A stretch of 63,691 nucleotides of DNA, counting the filler, from Phoronis australis (lineage: Eukaryota > Animalia > Phoronida), in the NCBI GenBank assembly GCA_002633005.1. It is 5 parts of 5 records of this genome, joined end to end, with 100 filler letters (N's around TTAATTAATTAA, not from the genome) between each part and the next. Parts side by side here need not be neighbours in the genome. Positions count along the whole stretch, not along the records: positions 28,668 to 48,829 come from NMRA01001197.1; 4 more parts are not named here. The stretch is one strand, 5' to 3'. Positions within the stretch are counted from its first letter, which is position 1. Each line of letters starts with the position of its first letter. The notes beneath the pieces were generated by a model. It saw nothing but the letters and a program-made list of their open reading frames with translations, did not search any database and had not been told where the DNA came from. Position numbers and translations under genes: made by a program. Positions 28,568 through 41,080 of this stretch are shown here, one piece after another.

Positions 28568-28667
28568 NNNNNNNNNNNNNNNNNNNNNNNNNNNNNNNNN
28601 NNNNNNNNNNNTTAATTAATTAANNNNNNNNNNNNNNNNNNNNNNNNNNNNNNNNNNNNNNNNNNNN
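28568..28667. other. Assembly gap with an artificial TTAATTAATTAA spacer (same at 48830-48929, 56882-56981, 60904-61003)
   Basis: 100-nt N blocks, each with an identical central 12-mer giving stops in all frames. Confidence 0.95.
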
Positions 28668-29193
28668 TTATTCTCTTGCGATATTTTCTTTTTCGTTCAG
28701 TGTCTCGTTAGCCAACAACACTGAGCCCAGCAGACCGGACTGGCCGTGGCACGGGACGGCAGCTGATGGTTCACCAAGTAGAAACGTCTGTAATATTTTA
28801 TGTTCTTTCAACGGCAAAGGAGAATGGTTTCAACTTATAAAGTATCTACTTAATGAACTGAACCATGCACTATGAACATGTTAGTGGCCATGCTTAATAA
28901 CAGCTGACAGTATAAACAAAGAGTGAAGCACTGAGCTCATCATGTCACGTTGTCACAACGGTGATGTGACGTCAGCAGCTATAGAATGTAGGTCAAGGTG
29001 CTGGGTCAAGATTCAGTTCACACAAGAATGTCACATGACTGTAAGCAGCGCTGCCTGTTAGTAAAGCATCATTGCATCCAGCGCCATCTGTTTGCCGTAA
29101 AGGTTTTGGATGAGCGGGTACCTTTTGCCTAATCCAATAGGGAGCGATGAATCAGCGCGGCTTTGCGTGATTTTGCATTTCACATCCTAAAAA

Positions 29194-29357
29194 GTTCCAT
29201 AGCAACTCGAGTATGAGTGTCAGATTTGAGTACGTTTGGTGTGTACTCGAAATACGACAGATACGCTTTTTTGAGTACGACTCCAGTGAGCACGATTTTG
29301 AGTATGAAATCTCGAGTATGAGTAAGAGTCAGAGTACGGAGATTGGAGACCGGGCCC
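29194..29357. mobile_element. Harbinger/PIF-like MITE fragment with internal GAGTA(C/T)GA repeats
   Basis: Ends in TTGGAGACCGGGCCC; gagtatgag/gagtacga units are repeated. Confidence 0.4.
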
Positions 29358-29950
29358 TGGATTGCTTCTACTTGTTGATTTTGAGAAACCATTTGATTCA
29401 TTGTCTTGGAAATTTTTTGAACAAAAATTATCTTTCCTTAATTTTGTTTGGTCGATCAGAAGGTGAGTAAAAATCTTTTACTGTAATATTAAGTCCGGTG
29501 TTGTCGTAAATGGTCACCCATTTTCTTGGTTCGATATTTTGCGTGGATGCAGACAAGGTGACCCTTTGTCTCCCTATATTTTTATAATGTGCGCTGAGAT
29601 TTTGGCGTATTTAATCAATAATAATGAAAATATCGCTGGTGTAGTTGCACTAAATAAGAAATATTTGATTTCCCAATATGCGGACGACACATCAATTACG
29701 TTGAATGGGTCGAATTTGTCATTGAATAGCACATTCAAGACACTACATTTGTTTGCTAGTGTCTCCGGTCTCGAAGTGAATGGCTTGGAAGTAAAACTGG
29801 TAGTGATGACGTGATTCCTGCAAAAAAAATCTGTCTTGGACAAATAAATCTTTTAGATTTTGCAGTGTGGATTTGACAGTCAACTGAATAATATGGCGCG
29901 TAAGAACTTCACTGCAAGAAAAACTGAGATCAAGTATTTATTAAAGTCCT
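29355..29950 (+). mobile_element. L1/Tx1-clade LINE ORF2 remnant, reverse transcriptase core (5' piece)
   Basis: LLLVDFEKPFDSLSW, RGCRQGDPLSPYIF, ISQYADDT and SGLEVN motifs; contains stops and frameshifts. Confidence 0.92.
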
Positions 29951-30871
29951 TGTTGCAAACTGCCAATGTGGTTCTAGTATCCGAAAATACTTACTACATA
30001 AAATCTTATTTTCGGCACCCTTTCTTTACATTCTTTTCGCTTTTCTTGCCAAAAAGCGATTTTTCAACCGTATTTGACCCTTTTCTCTGTGCGTATGATT
30101 ACCGGTTGTCATCGGTTATTTCCGTACCCAAATTTCCGGCTCAACAGTTCAGGAACTTGTCCTGAACGCCGCCATTTTTTCCTTGTAACTGAATGTGCTG
30201 TGGCTTGCTCGAAAAGTCTTGATTCTATTGTTTTATTAGTAATATATCGTGATTCGTTTGCATATGCAGTGTATTTATAGTTTGTAGTTTGTGGTTGTTG
30301 ATTTTTTTTGGAATGTTACGCGTACTTAGTATGTTAAAATAGTATTGGTGTTTAGTTCCTTACGTAGGCCGATCGAACCTAGGAACCAATATGGGTCGAA
30401 CCTATTTTTTTCAGTAAAGTTATTGCAAGTTTTGTGGCGAAATTTGGGTCACTTTGTTTGGATCGCGTCGGCCATATTGGAGGACAGCGGGATGAGTTAC
30501 GAGTTTAAAACTTTGTGTAAATTGTTTTCGCCAGCAAATTACGGTGACTTTTAGTTAGACATAACTTTACTTACTATTCTGCAGGATTAAGCAGTGTTCA
30601 CCAAATTTCAGCCTCGCAGTTGTTACTCATTAAGTGATAAATGTGCTCACAATTCCCGTTGGACTTCGTCTCATTTCTGGCGGCACCTACAATGTTTGAC
30701 TTTTGCTGAACTGAAAGGCATGTTCAATCGGCTACTTTGTAATTTGTGAAGATTTAATGTTGATACATTTTGACAAACGTTGCTACAAAACTTTGTTCAG
30801 TTTTCGTGTTTTTTGTGTTTGTGGCCAGCGACCAGTTAGGCCTAAGGGTAGTCTTGGCGCAAAGCTGCCTC

Positions 30872-31013
30872 CCGTTCAGTAACGCTAGGACCTCGCTAAA
30901 AAGCAAGACTTCGCGAGAATACGTGAGATTTCGCCGTGTATTTTAAATAAGAACACGTGACTTTGACTAGGTTTTAGCTAGGTCCTAGCGTAGGTCCTAG
31001 CGTCTACTGAACG
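30872..31013. mobile_element. Short MITE with inverted termini
   Basis: CGTTCAGTAACGCTAGGACCT ... AGGTCCTAGCGTCTACTGAACG. Confidence 0.65.
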
Positions 31014-31659
31014 CACGCCTGTATAGGCCTACTCATGCTAACAAGCTGTATTTTGACTATAGTCTTCACTGGTTGCTGGTGACTGAGGCTAACTAAAGTC
31101 TGCCACAGCAGTGTTACACATGACTAACCAGCCCATAATTTCATGCAAGTATCTGAAACTACCCTTGAATATATGCAGCATTAATCATTTGACCATTTAA
31201 CTTCAACAAAACAGCTTGCAACCGCATGCATATATCGTTCGCCAGTGTCTGGTCTCGATCCGCACCGGGTCTGATAGGCTGCGGTCCCGAGTCTGGCAAA
31301 ATAATTTCTGTCAAAAGTTATTCGCCACATTTCTTCAGTAAATTCGATAAAATTGTCTGTAGTTTTATTTTATTAAAATTAAGGCGCGCTGTCGATCATT
31401 TTATCCCCGTTTGCTGGCTGGTAACAGTACAGACACTGCTCGAGTCGCACTGACGGCGTTTTCTCGGCCTGGGTTCCTGAATGAATTGTACTTCCGGGCT
31501 CGCGGCAAGTTCAAAATGGCGGCTTTTCTTCGGGTGCAAATCGTGAGTGGCGCGTTCATTTAAACTGTTTTCGATTACGGATCGTGTATTAGTTATGGGG
31601 TAGGAACTTCTCGGATCCTTATAATATCTTCTAACCATGTAATAAGGGTTAACAACGCG

Positions 31660-33190
31660 TGAGACAAGGACTTTAAGAGGTTGGAGTCGAGGAAATTTAA
31701 CGCCGTTTGATAGAGTAACAGTTTTAAAAATAAGCTTTTTCTAAACTCCTTTTTGTTGTCATGCTTACACAATCCCAGCTCACGTCAGCGATGTGGGGTT
31801 ATCGCCCGGACTCCAAACTCCATCAATTCCTCACCCATCGGTTATGTAATGTTTTTTTTTCTTGTTGTTTGTATTGTATTTTGTTGCTTTTTCTAAACTC
31901 CTTTTTGTTGTCATGCTTACCGAATCCCTCAGTAAAAAGTCTTGGGTGAATTGAATTACGACATTTTTAGATTGGTATGGCAAGCTCGTAATGATAACAT
32001 TAAACGAACTACGGCCTGTTTAGGACTACATGTAGATCAAGGGGAAAATCAATTGGTTAACAGGTATACTTTCTACAAAGCTTTAAAACTCGCCATGGCC
32101 CGTAGATATCTTGAATGCCCTGCGTCTAAAAGTGGTGAATTACAACAGTCACTTTACCCGTTCTTAAAGAAATTTGCTTCATTTGGAGATGACTTTATTA
32201 AGTCGAAGTTAACTCTAATTGGTAATTCCTGCTGGCGAGACGTGTTTAGACGTATGACATCTTTCTACAAGAAATATACTTGTTGCGACTAAAGAGTACT
32301 TTTTGAATCAACCTTTGTGGTTTAATAGTAACTTGGCGATCGGAGGCACAGGTGTTTTTTGTAAGCCTTATTTTCTAAAAGGCTTAATATTTATTAGAAG
32401 TATGTATACCTCTGATGGTGATTTTGTTAGTTTGAACCATACGAAAAATAGGTTCGATCAGAAAACCATTTTTGTAGATTATAATGGTGTTGTTTCTGTT
32501 CTAAGAAGTCGTCAAAAAAGTCTACTTCAAATGAATTTAAAAGTGTTAATGTCCACTATCCTTTAAAGTCTTGAGCAATTACTCACTTGAGGAATGGTTT
32601 GGAGGGTTGTAGACATATTTGTTCAGTGTTTAATGACGTTAAGAAACCTTCTACGTCATAATGTAAATGAGAAATAGAGCTAAAAGACAGTTTAGATTGG
32701 AAGAAACTATACGCATTGTCTTATGAAATTACAAAGTATCCCAATATTAGATGGTTCCAATTTAGAATACTAGAGATAATTATTGCAACAAATACCTTTT
32801 TAGGCAAAATATGTGTTCGGAAATTTAATTTATATTCCTATTGTGATAAAGTTCCAGAGACTCTGTCACACCTTTTTGGGAATGTAGCCGTATACAGTAT
32901 TCAGGGAAGGAATTTGGAAAGCTACTTCATAAGTGTTGCATTCAACTTCCCAAGTGTCTCTCTTACGAAAGTGTTATTCTTGGACTATAAGACGCAGGAT
33001 TTTTTATGTAACATTCTGCTTCTACTAGCCAAACAGTACATTTACATGAAGAGATATCACGAAAAATTACCTAATTTCACAAGTTCGTTACATATAGTTA
33101 TGAGTACTATAATGCCGAAAAATTAATTGCATATAACAACTTTGTACAGTAAATAACATCGTCTCTGCAAAATGGGAAAATTTCGTTGCT
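31660..33190 (+). mobile_element. L1/Tx1-clade LINE ORF2 remnant (3' piece, including the zf-RVT region)
   Basis: WSRGNLTPFDRVTVLK, LPNP, QPLWFNSNL and IRWFQFRIL...ATNTFL...CDKVPETLSHLF; collinear with the 29355-29950 piece. Confidence 0.85.
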
Positions 33191-33989
33191 CACGTTAACT
33201 CCATGTAGAAGTTGTTTACTTTATACGATAAACACTTGAGGTGTGCATGCGTGAATGAATGGATGTAATTTTTTGGTGTTTGTTTTTATACTTGGTAATA
33301 AATGATAATAAACACAGGTCTGGGGGTACACCTGGACCATATTTTTAAATGCTCGAACCTGATGCGTTCAATTTCATCGTTGTTGTCAACTTTCTTGAAA
33401 TCAGTTCAGTTTAATCAAGGTTCACTTCCAGCCTTCAAAAGTTGCTGTACTCAAGTTCACCAAGAAATATTTAAACATTTGTAAAAGTTTTGACCTTGGT
33501 GACTGACAAAATGAGTTATGAGTGTACAAAGCTCATTCGATACAAGTTACCGTGCAGTAGAGCATAGTACGAATTCAGCGTGTGTGCTGAGTTTAAAAGA
33601 ATTTACTGCAGCCTTGCATAAATAGTGTAGTGGGCAAACATATGGACCTCAGAGAAACAAGAACTCCGCCAATATAGAAAAACGAGACGAAATTCCCGTA
33701 AAAAGAAAAGAATTATCAAATGTTGGTGTTGCACAATTTTTACCGCTGAACGCATCCTGTGAACATTAAAAACACCCAGATACCCAAAATGCAAGCCCCC
33801 CGCGTATTGGCCTGTGAGCGCATGAATTATACTATAGGCTAAGGATATTAAGGGTCCTTTGACACGATGATAGAATCGACGACAATATTTATGCGAAAGT
33901 ATCATAAGGTGAAGACGAATAGCAGATGGAACGAAGAAAATCATAGTTCCAACTAAGAACCATAGTTAGCTCCTGCATACTTGCATTAG

Positions 33990-34263
33990 AGTAAATGAAG
34001 AGATTGCCTTCAGCTTCAGATGGATAGATTCTCTGACATTTGTCTTTGACTGACCTGTTTCACTATAGATTAACGCAATATTATCACACTCTGTTTTGAA
34101 TTTTTTTGGCCACTCAATGTCTGTTGAAATTCCCTAAACTATTTCTTGAGTTTAGCAATATCTATTTCTTTTTTGTCTAAATCCTGCCGTGCAACAGACG
34201 CAAGTACTTCCCAGTTGTTCCAATCCAGGCACCGGATATCATGTTCAACGAGCTCTGCAACAT
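33990..34263 (-). pseudogene. Death-domain-like exon disrupted by a stop and a frameshift (alternatively a short terminal exon, 34139-34263)
   Basis: TACTAAC branch point plus ctttAG acceptor; DVAELVEHDIRCLDWNNWEVLASVARQDLDKKEIDIAKLKK* (W..LA....L...EID), then in another frame IEWPKKFKTECDNIALIYSETGQSKTNVRESIHLKL. Confidence 0.4.
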
Positions 34264-36553
34264 CTAAAGATGTTAGTAGAAATGACAAACGATGTGCCAA
34301 TAAAAAAAAAATCTGTTGCTTTACTTCGGGAATTATCCATTGTTTATGTTTATTAGTCAACTTCAGGCTCGCCAGAAAACGACATTTCTGGTATTTTACC
34401 CACTGCTTTCCTTGCGGAACAGTCACGGTGGAAGTTCGTCAGTCGTTTGAATTGCGCGATGTCGTGATCAATTCAGAGTTGTTTGTTTTGATCGTGAATC
34501 AGCCCATAGTATATTTATAATGCCGTAAAAGCAATCGGAGACAGACAGCGCCCCCATCAGAAGACGGACAAATAAAGCAGCTGAATCATGGCATCAGGGC
34601 TTATGACGCGGAACTTTCTAAGAACATATTTTTTCACAAAAAAATTATTCCAGCAACCATTCACTACCTAAACTTTAATGTTAGGCTATCAGCATTTGAC
34701 GCACAATGAATGACAGAGTGGCCAAATGCGTCAGATCGAAACACCATTGCTGTGTTCACAAAGAAAAGTCGTCGAACTACTGGTGTTTTACAATGACATG
34801 AGGGCTAGTAAACGTTGGGGGTGATGTTTGGTAGGGTTTACGATCATGGGAGAATATTTCTTTCCGCCGACAGCACTGAAACGAATGTTCACTGGTTGTC
34901 GTTAATGATGACGGATATTATAGCTATTGTCATTTTATGGTTGATTTTCAGGGAGGACCAGGGCTGGTGACGTTGGATTGCTGACTGCTTTAGCAACTCA
35001 GCTGTACCAGGAGTTACTTTTCCTTGCAGAGATTGACATAGGGAACAGTTCTACTTCTAATTGACACAGACTGTTCCACAGCCTATAAGATTTCTAAGTT
35101 CAGTTTTTAATCCAAGTTGCTCACACCCAAAAACTTGCGTTAGCCGTTTTGGTTTTGACTCCGTTGATTCCTCTCAGCGCCATAAGTTGTGCAGGGAAAG
35201 AACTTCTTCACTGCAGGCTCTATGACCGTATCCGACAGTGGGAGTAAGTTTGGATTTCCGTCAGAGGCAGCGTATGCGGTAGCCTTAAGCTACATGTACA
35301 TGTACATGTGCACTCAACTCGATGTACATTGATATTACAATTTAAAATTTATTAAGTTCAAGAACTATGGTCCAGTTGCTTTTGCTGCGCACGGGGCATC
35401 TTTCATGGGGTGTATGCGATATCACACAAAGCGAAAAATCTTCAAACGATGCTTAAAAGTTGTTTTTGAAATCCGTTTTTGCATTTAAGACAATCCACTA
35501 GGCTTTATGATGTGACACTGTACATAGCCAACAAACTCATATTATGTATTAATGCCTTACAAAATTTTAGCTGCATTCATGTATACACGTCTAGCTACCT
35601 ATAGGGAAATATCGATGTTGTTTTTCATATGTTTTGGCCAAAGTACGATTAGTAAACGGATAATTGCCACACAAATTACAAGTTACGCCAAGTAGTTTAA
35701 AATTGAAACATCAGTTATCTCGCCTTATGCATTGCGTAAGCTCAGCCGTTCAGCTAATAGTTATTTTCAAACCTCTCCGCAAACTTTCCAATATACTTTG
35801 TAAAATTATAAAACGTATAACACATCCGACAAAATAACACTTATAGGCATTGTGATAGCAACAACCACCAAGCTAATTCAGTGAGTATCATTTGTAAAGA
35901 ACATACTAAGGAATTACTGTATATCAAGGAGTCATTGGCCACTCAGGATCAGCATGCTACTGATTCTCTCAATAACATGCAGAGCTCAGTGACCCTGCAA
36001 CTACCTGTATGGTGATGTACCATTTACTTTCCCTGTGTCTCTCATTCTCATTTCACCACATACATGTAGATGTGAATGGTAATCGAATCTTGCTGTCATA
36101 CTCTAAATATTCTGATGATGTCTTGTGAATAAGTAAAACGTTGAGTTATCAAGATTTTTATATTTTTGCAGCAAATTGCCCGTTTTCTAAACGTTGTTTT
36201 TTATTCTCATAAACTATTCCTAACTGAGGTTAGACTTGAAGTCCGTCACTAAATAGAACGTCTAACCCATGAGCGAATCAGGAAACCGCTTTTCAAGCAA
36301 TGAATTTCAAAGAGGTTGATAAATATTCATAACTTATTTTTATTGACCAACCCTGAAATTGTACATTTGAGAATTGCCCATGTACGCATTATCACTTACT
36401 TGAGTTGTAGGCCCAACTGGCAATAGTTCAAGACACGGAGAGCGTGGTAATAATTTCACACCCAAAGTACTTCTGTTAACAGTCCAACATTGACAGATAA
36501 CAATGGCAAAATGCAACTTTAAGTGTTCCACACAGTAAGATGTATTTCGTGGC

Positions 36554-36566
36554 GTTACCAGGCAAC
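36554..36566. promoter_or_regulatory. RFX X-box candidate
   Basis: GTTACC-A-GGCAAC matches GTNRCC(N0-3)RGYAAC, lies within the larger palindrome TGGCGTT...AACGCCA, ~2.1 kb upstream of a ciliary gene exon. Confidence 0.5.
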
Positions 36567-38661
36567 GCCAATACATGAAGTACATTCTAAAGAACTACGC
36601 TTCAGACGAACGTAAAATCCGGTGACAATACCACATCGATTCTTGTTTTGTACTTAAGATTATTTTCGGTTCAGTAGAAATGAAAAACTATTCAAACGTG
36701 ACCTCTAGTAAAACCCCTATGACGCATCAAAACATAACACCGTCAATTGAAGGTTCAGTGTATCAATGCATGAATAATCCACGTATAAACTAAACAATTC
36801 AATATTTCATTGCCAAACAATGATCCACAGTTTATAAAAAAGTCTTCGACTGTCTCCACTTTTCTATACCTAATCTCTGTTTGTTGACGAAGTACTCACA
36901 CCCGCCCATGCAAACACAACGTGTCCATCGGCTAACCTGTCTTATTTAGTACCATACGCTCTGTTCAGACAAATTATCAAAGGTGACCATTACCCACAAG
37001 GACCCTTCCCCTCACCCCCTTGTATGACACCAGATAGATTTTTCATGTAGATCATTTTTACTTTTTATTGAACTTGTGACTCTGTCGGGATTGTCTTTGT
37101 GTTTTCATAGTTATACAACACAACTGTTATAGCAGAGCTTCAATAGAGGCACATGGCGATTCTGAATACATGTATTTTTTGTACACAGAATGGATTAGAA
37201 ATGAAACTGTTTCCTTTTTTGAACATTAAGGTATGTACTTTTATCAGACCGTGATAAACTTTAGTGTCATCGATTTAAATAAAATCAAATGTCTGTTGTC
37301 AAGCAGAACTGAACATCGTGAACTTATTATCACTGGGAAGCGAAGTTTCCAAAGACGACTCAAGTTATTTCACCTCGTTTGTGGTTAACAGGGAAATCGA
37401 TTTTCTCAACGTCTCACGAAACAAAGTGGTGTTATTGGCGATGGACAGTAATTATTGCTAAAGATACGAAGATTCGGAGAACTTTGCCTAACGGCAACAT
37501 ATATGTATATTGGCCGAGCAGACTTTTCATTAAATAGACCTTATTATTTTTGTATATTGAGGTCTACAAACTTAAGAGTGCTGCTAATAGTAAGCTTCAC
37601 CTCGTCCACATTATCCGTGCTTTCTGCTGATGGATTAGCAAAAGCAACGCAGTTTTTGACATTTGCCAATAAGTCAAAGTTATTGGGAAAATGGCCAAAA
37701 TTTGAAATGTCACCTCGTGGTTGTCTGTGGCGTCCCTGGTGACTCATAAATAGCCTGGATACCATAGTAGCTAGTAGAACAACATTATTGGAACCATAAC
37801 TGGGGTATTAGTTAATTCTAATGTTTTTGGCTAAAGGAATAACGCACCAGGTATTTGTTCGGTTATCGAAATTGTTGGCAAAATATGTATTCATTCAAAG
37901 TGTAGGGGACTTATTGAGGTTAATTTAAATAGCTTCATGCAATACATAATTCTCGGCAACGTCAACGTTTATTGCCTCATGAGTTCATTGGACTGTTCTG
38001 CACGTCTCCCCAGCTGACTGACTCAATTAAGAAAAGGCGCAAATAGAAAAAATTAACTTCGTAAACGCTCGACTAAAGCGTCTCTGATATTGGCTTTGAC
38101 ATGTTTATGGCTCGCGAATATTGCATAAACTACGTATTTTAATCCAATAGAACAATTGCTAGGGCAAATCAAAGTCGCCCACTTCATGCTTGTTGTACAC
38201 CAGCAATCCTAAACTCTCTTCAGCCATCCGGAATAATGATATCAGTGAAAATAGAGATTTTTACGTTGGAACCGTATATGCAGGGAACAAGTCCAGAAAG
38301 TGAAGCGAGTTCTAACATAAACTATTAAGCGAAGTGTAGTTTCGAAAACAATTCAAGTAAAAATCATGTGTTCTTGGCAGACGCGAAGTTAACGATCAGA
38401 TATAGAACCGTTACACCTACATGTAGGTGCGTGAGGAATTAAGGAAACAACGATTAGAAAATCATCGTAAGGGGGTCTCGTGTCCTGTTACACTCTGAGC
38501 ACTGTGTACGACTGTGTTGGTGTTGTTAGTCACGGCCCGTTATTTCACTGCAAGATAGAGTGTACAATGGTAGAAAATCGGCTGTTACTTTAGGGCGATA
38601 TAATATTATAGACACCGATTGTTCTATTGCTTTTACAACTGTTGTCTTTGCGCTCATTTAG

Positions 38662-38900
38662 CTATGGGGGCTACTGTCCGCAGTTCAAGTACAGGATCGG
38701 ACAGACTTTTGGTAAGACGACACATGACCTCCTGACAGATCGCGATGTGGCGACCTCTGGTAGACTTCTTCTGACCAACATCTATCCACACGAGACGGAA
38801 ATGGATGTTATCAACAGAGGGCGTACACAACTCATCAACACCCGCACTGCCAGTTGGGGTGATCAGAAATTGGTTGACAAAATGGTACCTGGTTACACAG
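38662..38900 (+). CDS. CIMIP2B: CIMIP2/FAM166-family ciliary microtubule inner protein, first recognisable exon
   Basis: catttAG acceptor, GTAAG donor; YGGYCPQFKYRIGQTFGKTTHDLL...MVPGYTG (PGYxG repeat); A vs B paralogue assignment is uncertain. Confidence 0.88.
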
Positions 38901-39687
38901 GTAAGAAAACGTAGACTCTCTGCGCAATTTGAGATATTTTTCTTGCGTGTGGTGTTATTAAGTGCATACAACTGCACCATCCTGCTACACAATAAAATAT
39001 TTTTACAATTATAGATGGAACATGGATCGGAGTGTGTCGAAGGTGTTTTTTTGGTACTGTGACGGTTCACTGAAACATCACAGTTTCCTTTTTTCCAATG
39101 AAATTGCATAATAACGAAATCAAATGTCACAACTCAGCCACAGTGTTATACATGTAGTTTGACAGGTGGTTGCCAAACCATCCAAAACTATCTTTTTCCA
39201 ATGAAGAGGCACGGCAAATGTCGTCATTGTCATTCTCACCCCATCTATGCCTATGGTATAGTCCTAAACGCACAAGCTTATGTTGCCCACCTCTGGAAAA
39301 CGATTGTTAGTGACATTAATCTCGAGGCTTTCTGTGTAAAACAAGCGTCGATTTAGGCAACTAACTGTTATACAATTATTCTTGTTTTGTTCTACACTCA
39401 ACCGTAGTTTAGAAGTGATCACGTGGTCTGAAGAAAAAAATCCGTCTTGAAGCCCTGGAGTCAATTGGATACCAATTTGACCAAAGTATATCAGTACAAT
39501 TTCATTACCGCATGTGATCTTAACCGCCGTTGCGATGGAATGCTAGTAGTTGCATGATAAACTGCCATTGCGCCGGTGTCCCAGCGCCTGTGTTCCAGCG
39601 CCAGTGTCCCAGCGCCAGTATCTCAGCGCCGGTGTCACGCAGGCATTTTCCGCATATTTTATCCTCCACTGACGTTTTTATTTCCAG

Positions 39688-39866
39688 GGTTTGTGCCCCG
39701 TGGAGAGCATTACTTTGGCAAAAGGTACGCAGAAAATTGCTTCAACGCCATATCAGATTTCGAAAATGAGCAGAGGAAGCGCAACTTGTACCTGAACTCG
39801 GTCAAGGAAGCAGGCGCACTGCAAGACGGCAAGATGGACTACAACCAAGGCCGGTCGGAAATGACA
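39688..39866 (+). CDS. CIMIP2B: CIMIP2/FAM166 exon
   Basis: tttccAG acceptor, GTGAGT donor; GFVPRGEHYFGKRYAENCFNAISDF; phase 1 to 0. Confidence 0.88.
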
Positions 39867-39984
39867 GTGAGTAGACACGAGTCATCTTATTCCCACTGGA
39901 GTTTCAAAAGGCAACGCTGCCTAAGTACTGTCCACTTGTCAAGTGCGAAAGCCATCTCAAGAGCACGCGTAGTTTTAAGGCCTG

Positions 39985-40170
39985 GAACCCGTTCCAAGAA
40001 AACTGACTGATCCACGACAAATCTTACATTTGCGACAACTTGAAATGAAATTGCATGTCCTAAATCTTTCACAAGAAAATAATCTAAGGTTCGAGTTAAG
40101 TGTTGACCTAAGTTTGTCTAAGTATTACCAGGTGTGGAACTTTCAAAAGTTAAAGTTGAAACAAATCTTT
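39985..40170. mobile_element. Harbinger-like MITE (partial), same family as 51861-52090
   Basis: CCCGTTCCAAGAAAACTGACT...GACAAATCTTA...GTGGAA.TTTCAAA shared with the reverse complement of the 51.9-kb copy. Confidence 0.55.
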
Positions 40171-40605
40171 GGCAGCAAATTTCAGATCCTGCCTGTCTTC
40201 TCCCACATTCGACTAATTTGACTTTGTTGTATTTCGGATAAATTGACTTACATTTAAGTTATTTCGAGGCGAATTTGAACTTTCTTTGCCACTGTGTATG
40301 CGGACAAATCTTGAACGTGGGTTGTCGCTCTGTGAAAACCAATTACATATGTTGAATGTAAATGCCGTCACGATTGCAATGGGGCAACTCTTTTTAAGAG
40401 TCAGTTATACAGAATTGGTTAAATGCACGACACTTTTCATTGTTGACAGTCTTTATTCCGTTACGTTCATACCTTCGGAACAAAACTCTACTCTATTTTT
40501 GGATAACGGTTACTGAATTGGGTCTCCCGTTACCCAGCCTTGCATTACTGGTCTGGCCAGACTACATGCGAGTTCAGTCAAAGACAAGCTTACTTTCCGT
40601 TACAG

Positions 40606-40753
40606 TCGTTACAAACCCGCACTAAGATGCCCCTGCGCCGTATCGCCCCTGACGCTGCCAAGTACAACTCGCCACAACTTGTGCCACTTCACGAATACTC
40701 CAAATCGCCGTATAAGATGGGCAATAATGAAAATCGAAAGTGTTTTATGTCCG
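40606..40753 (+). CDS. CIMIP2B: CIMIP2/FAM166 exon
   Basis: ttacAG acceptor, GTAGGT donor; ...SPYKMGNNENRKCFMSG; phase 0 to 1. Confidence 0.88.
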
Positions 40754-40934
40754 GTAGGTATTGTCTTGTGTATAACTGCGTAGTGCTTGACATGCAGTAC
40801 GCGTAACCAATGGTACCCACTCTTGTCAGTCTGCAAGGTTAATCTCCCAGTACAACATATTGATGTTAGCACATGTAGTATCAATATTACCTTGCGCCTA
40901 CAGTGTTACCGAGTTCCCTGCCACTACCGATTCC

Positions 40935-41080
40935 CAGTGCAGTAGCGGTAAAATTAGAGGTAAGTAGGCGCCCATAGCCCACCGCATCACCTTGAACATT
41001 GAACGTAACTTATGGTGCGTATGCGCTACGTTCAAATGCTAAAAGGTGGTTGGCTGCGCCTACGCCCCAATACAGCACTG
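40935..41080 (+). mobile_element. hAT-like MITE with 8-bp target-site duplication, in a CIMIP2 intron
   Basis: TIR CAGTGC...GCACTG; flanks CCGATTCC (40927-40934) and ACGATTCC (41081-41088). Confidence 0.8.

Noticed and set aside
28612-28623. TTAATTAATTAA palindrome recurring four times
   Set aside because: Always centred in 100-nt N blocks, so it is an artificial scaffold spacer
29194-29206. Second X-box-like GTTCCATAGCAAC
   Set aside because: Lies in a MITE-like repeat next to a LINE, far from the ciliary gene
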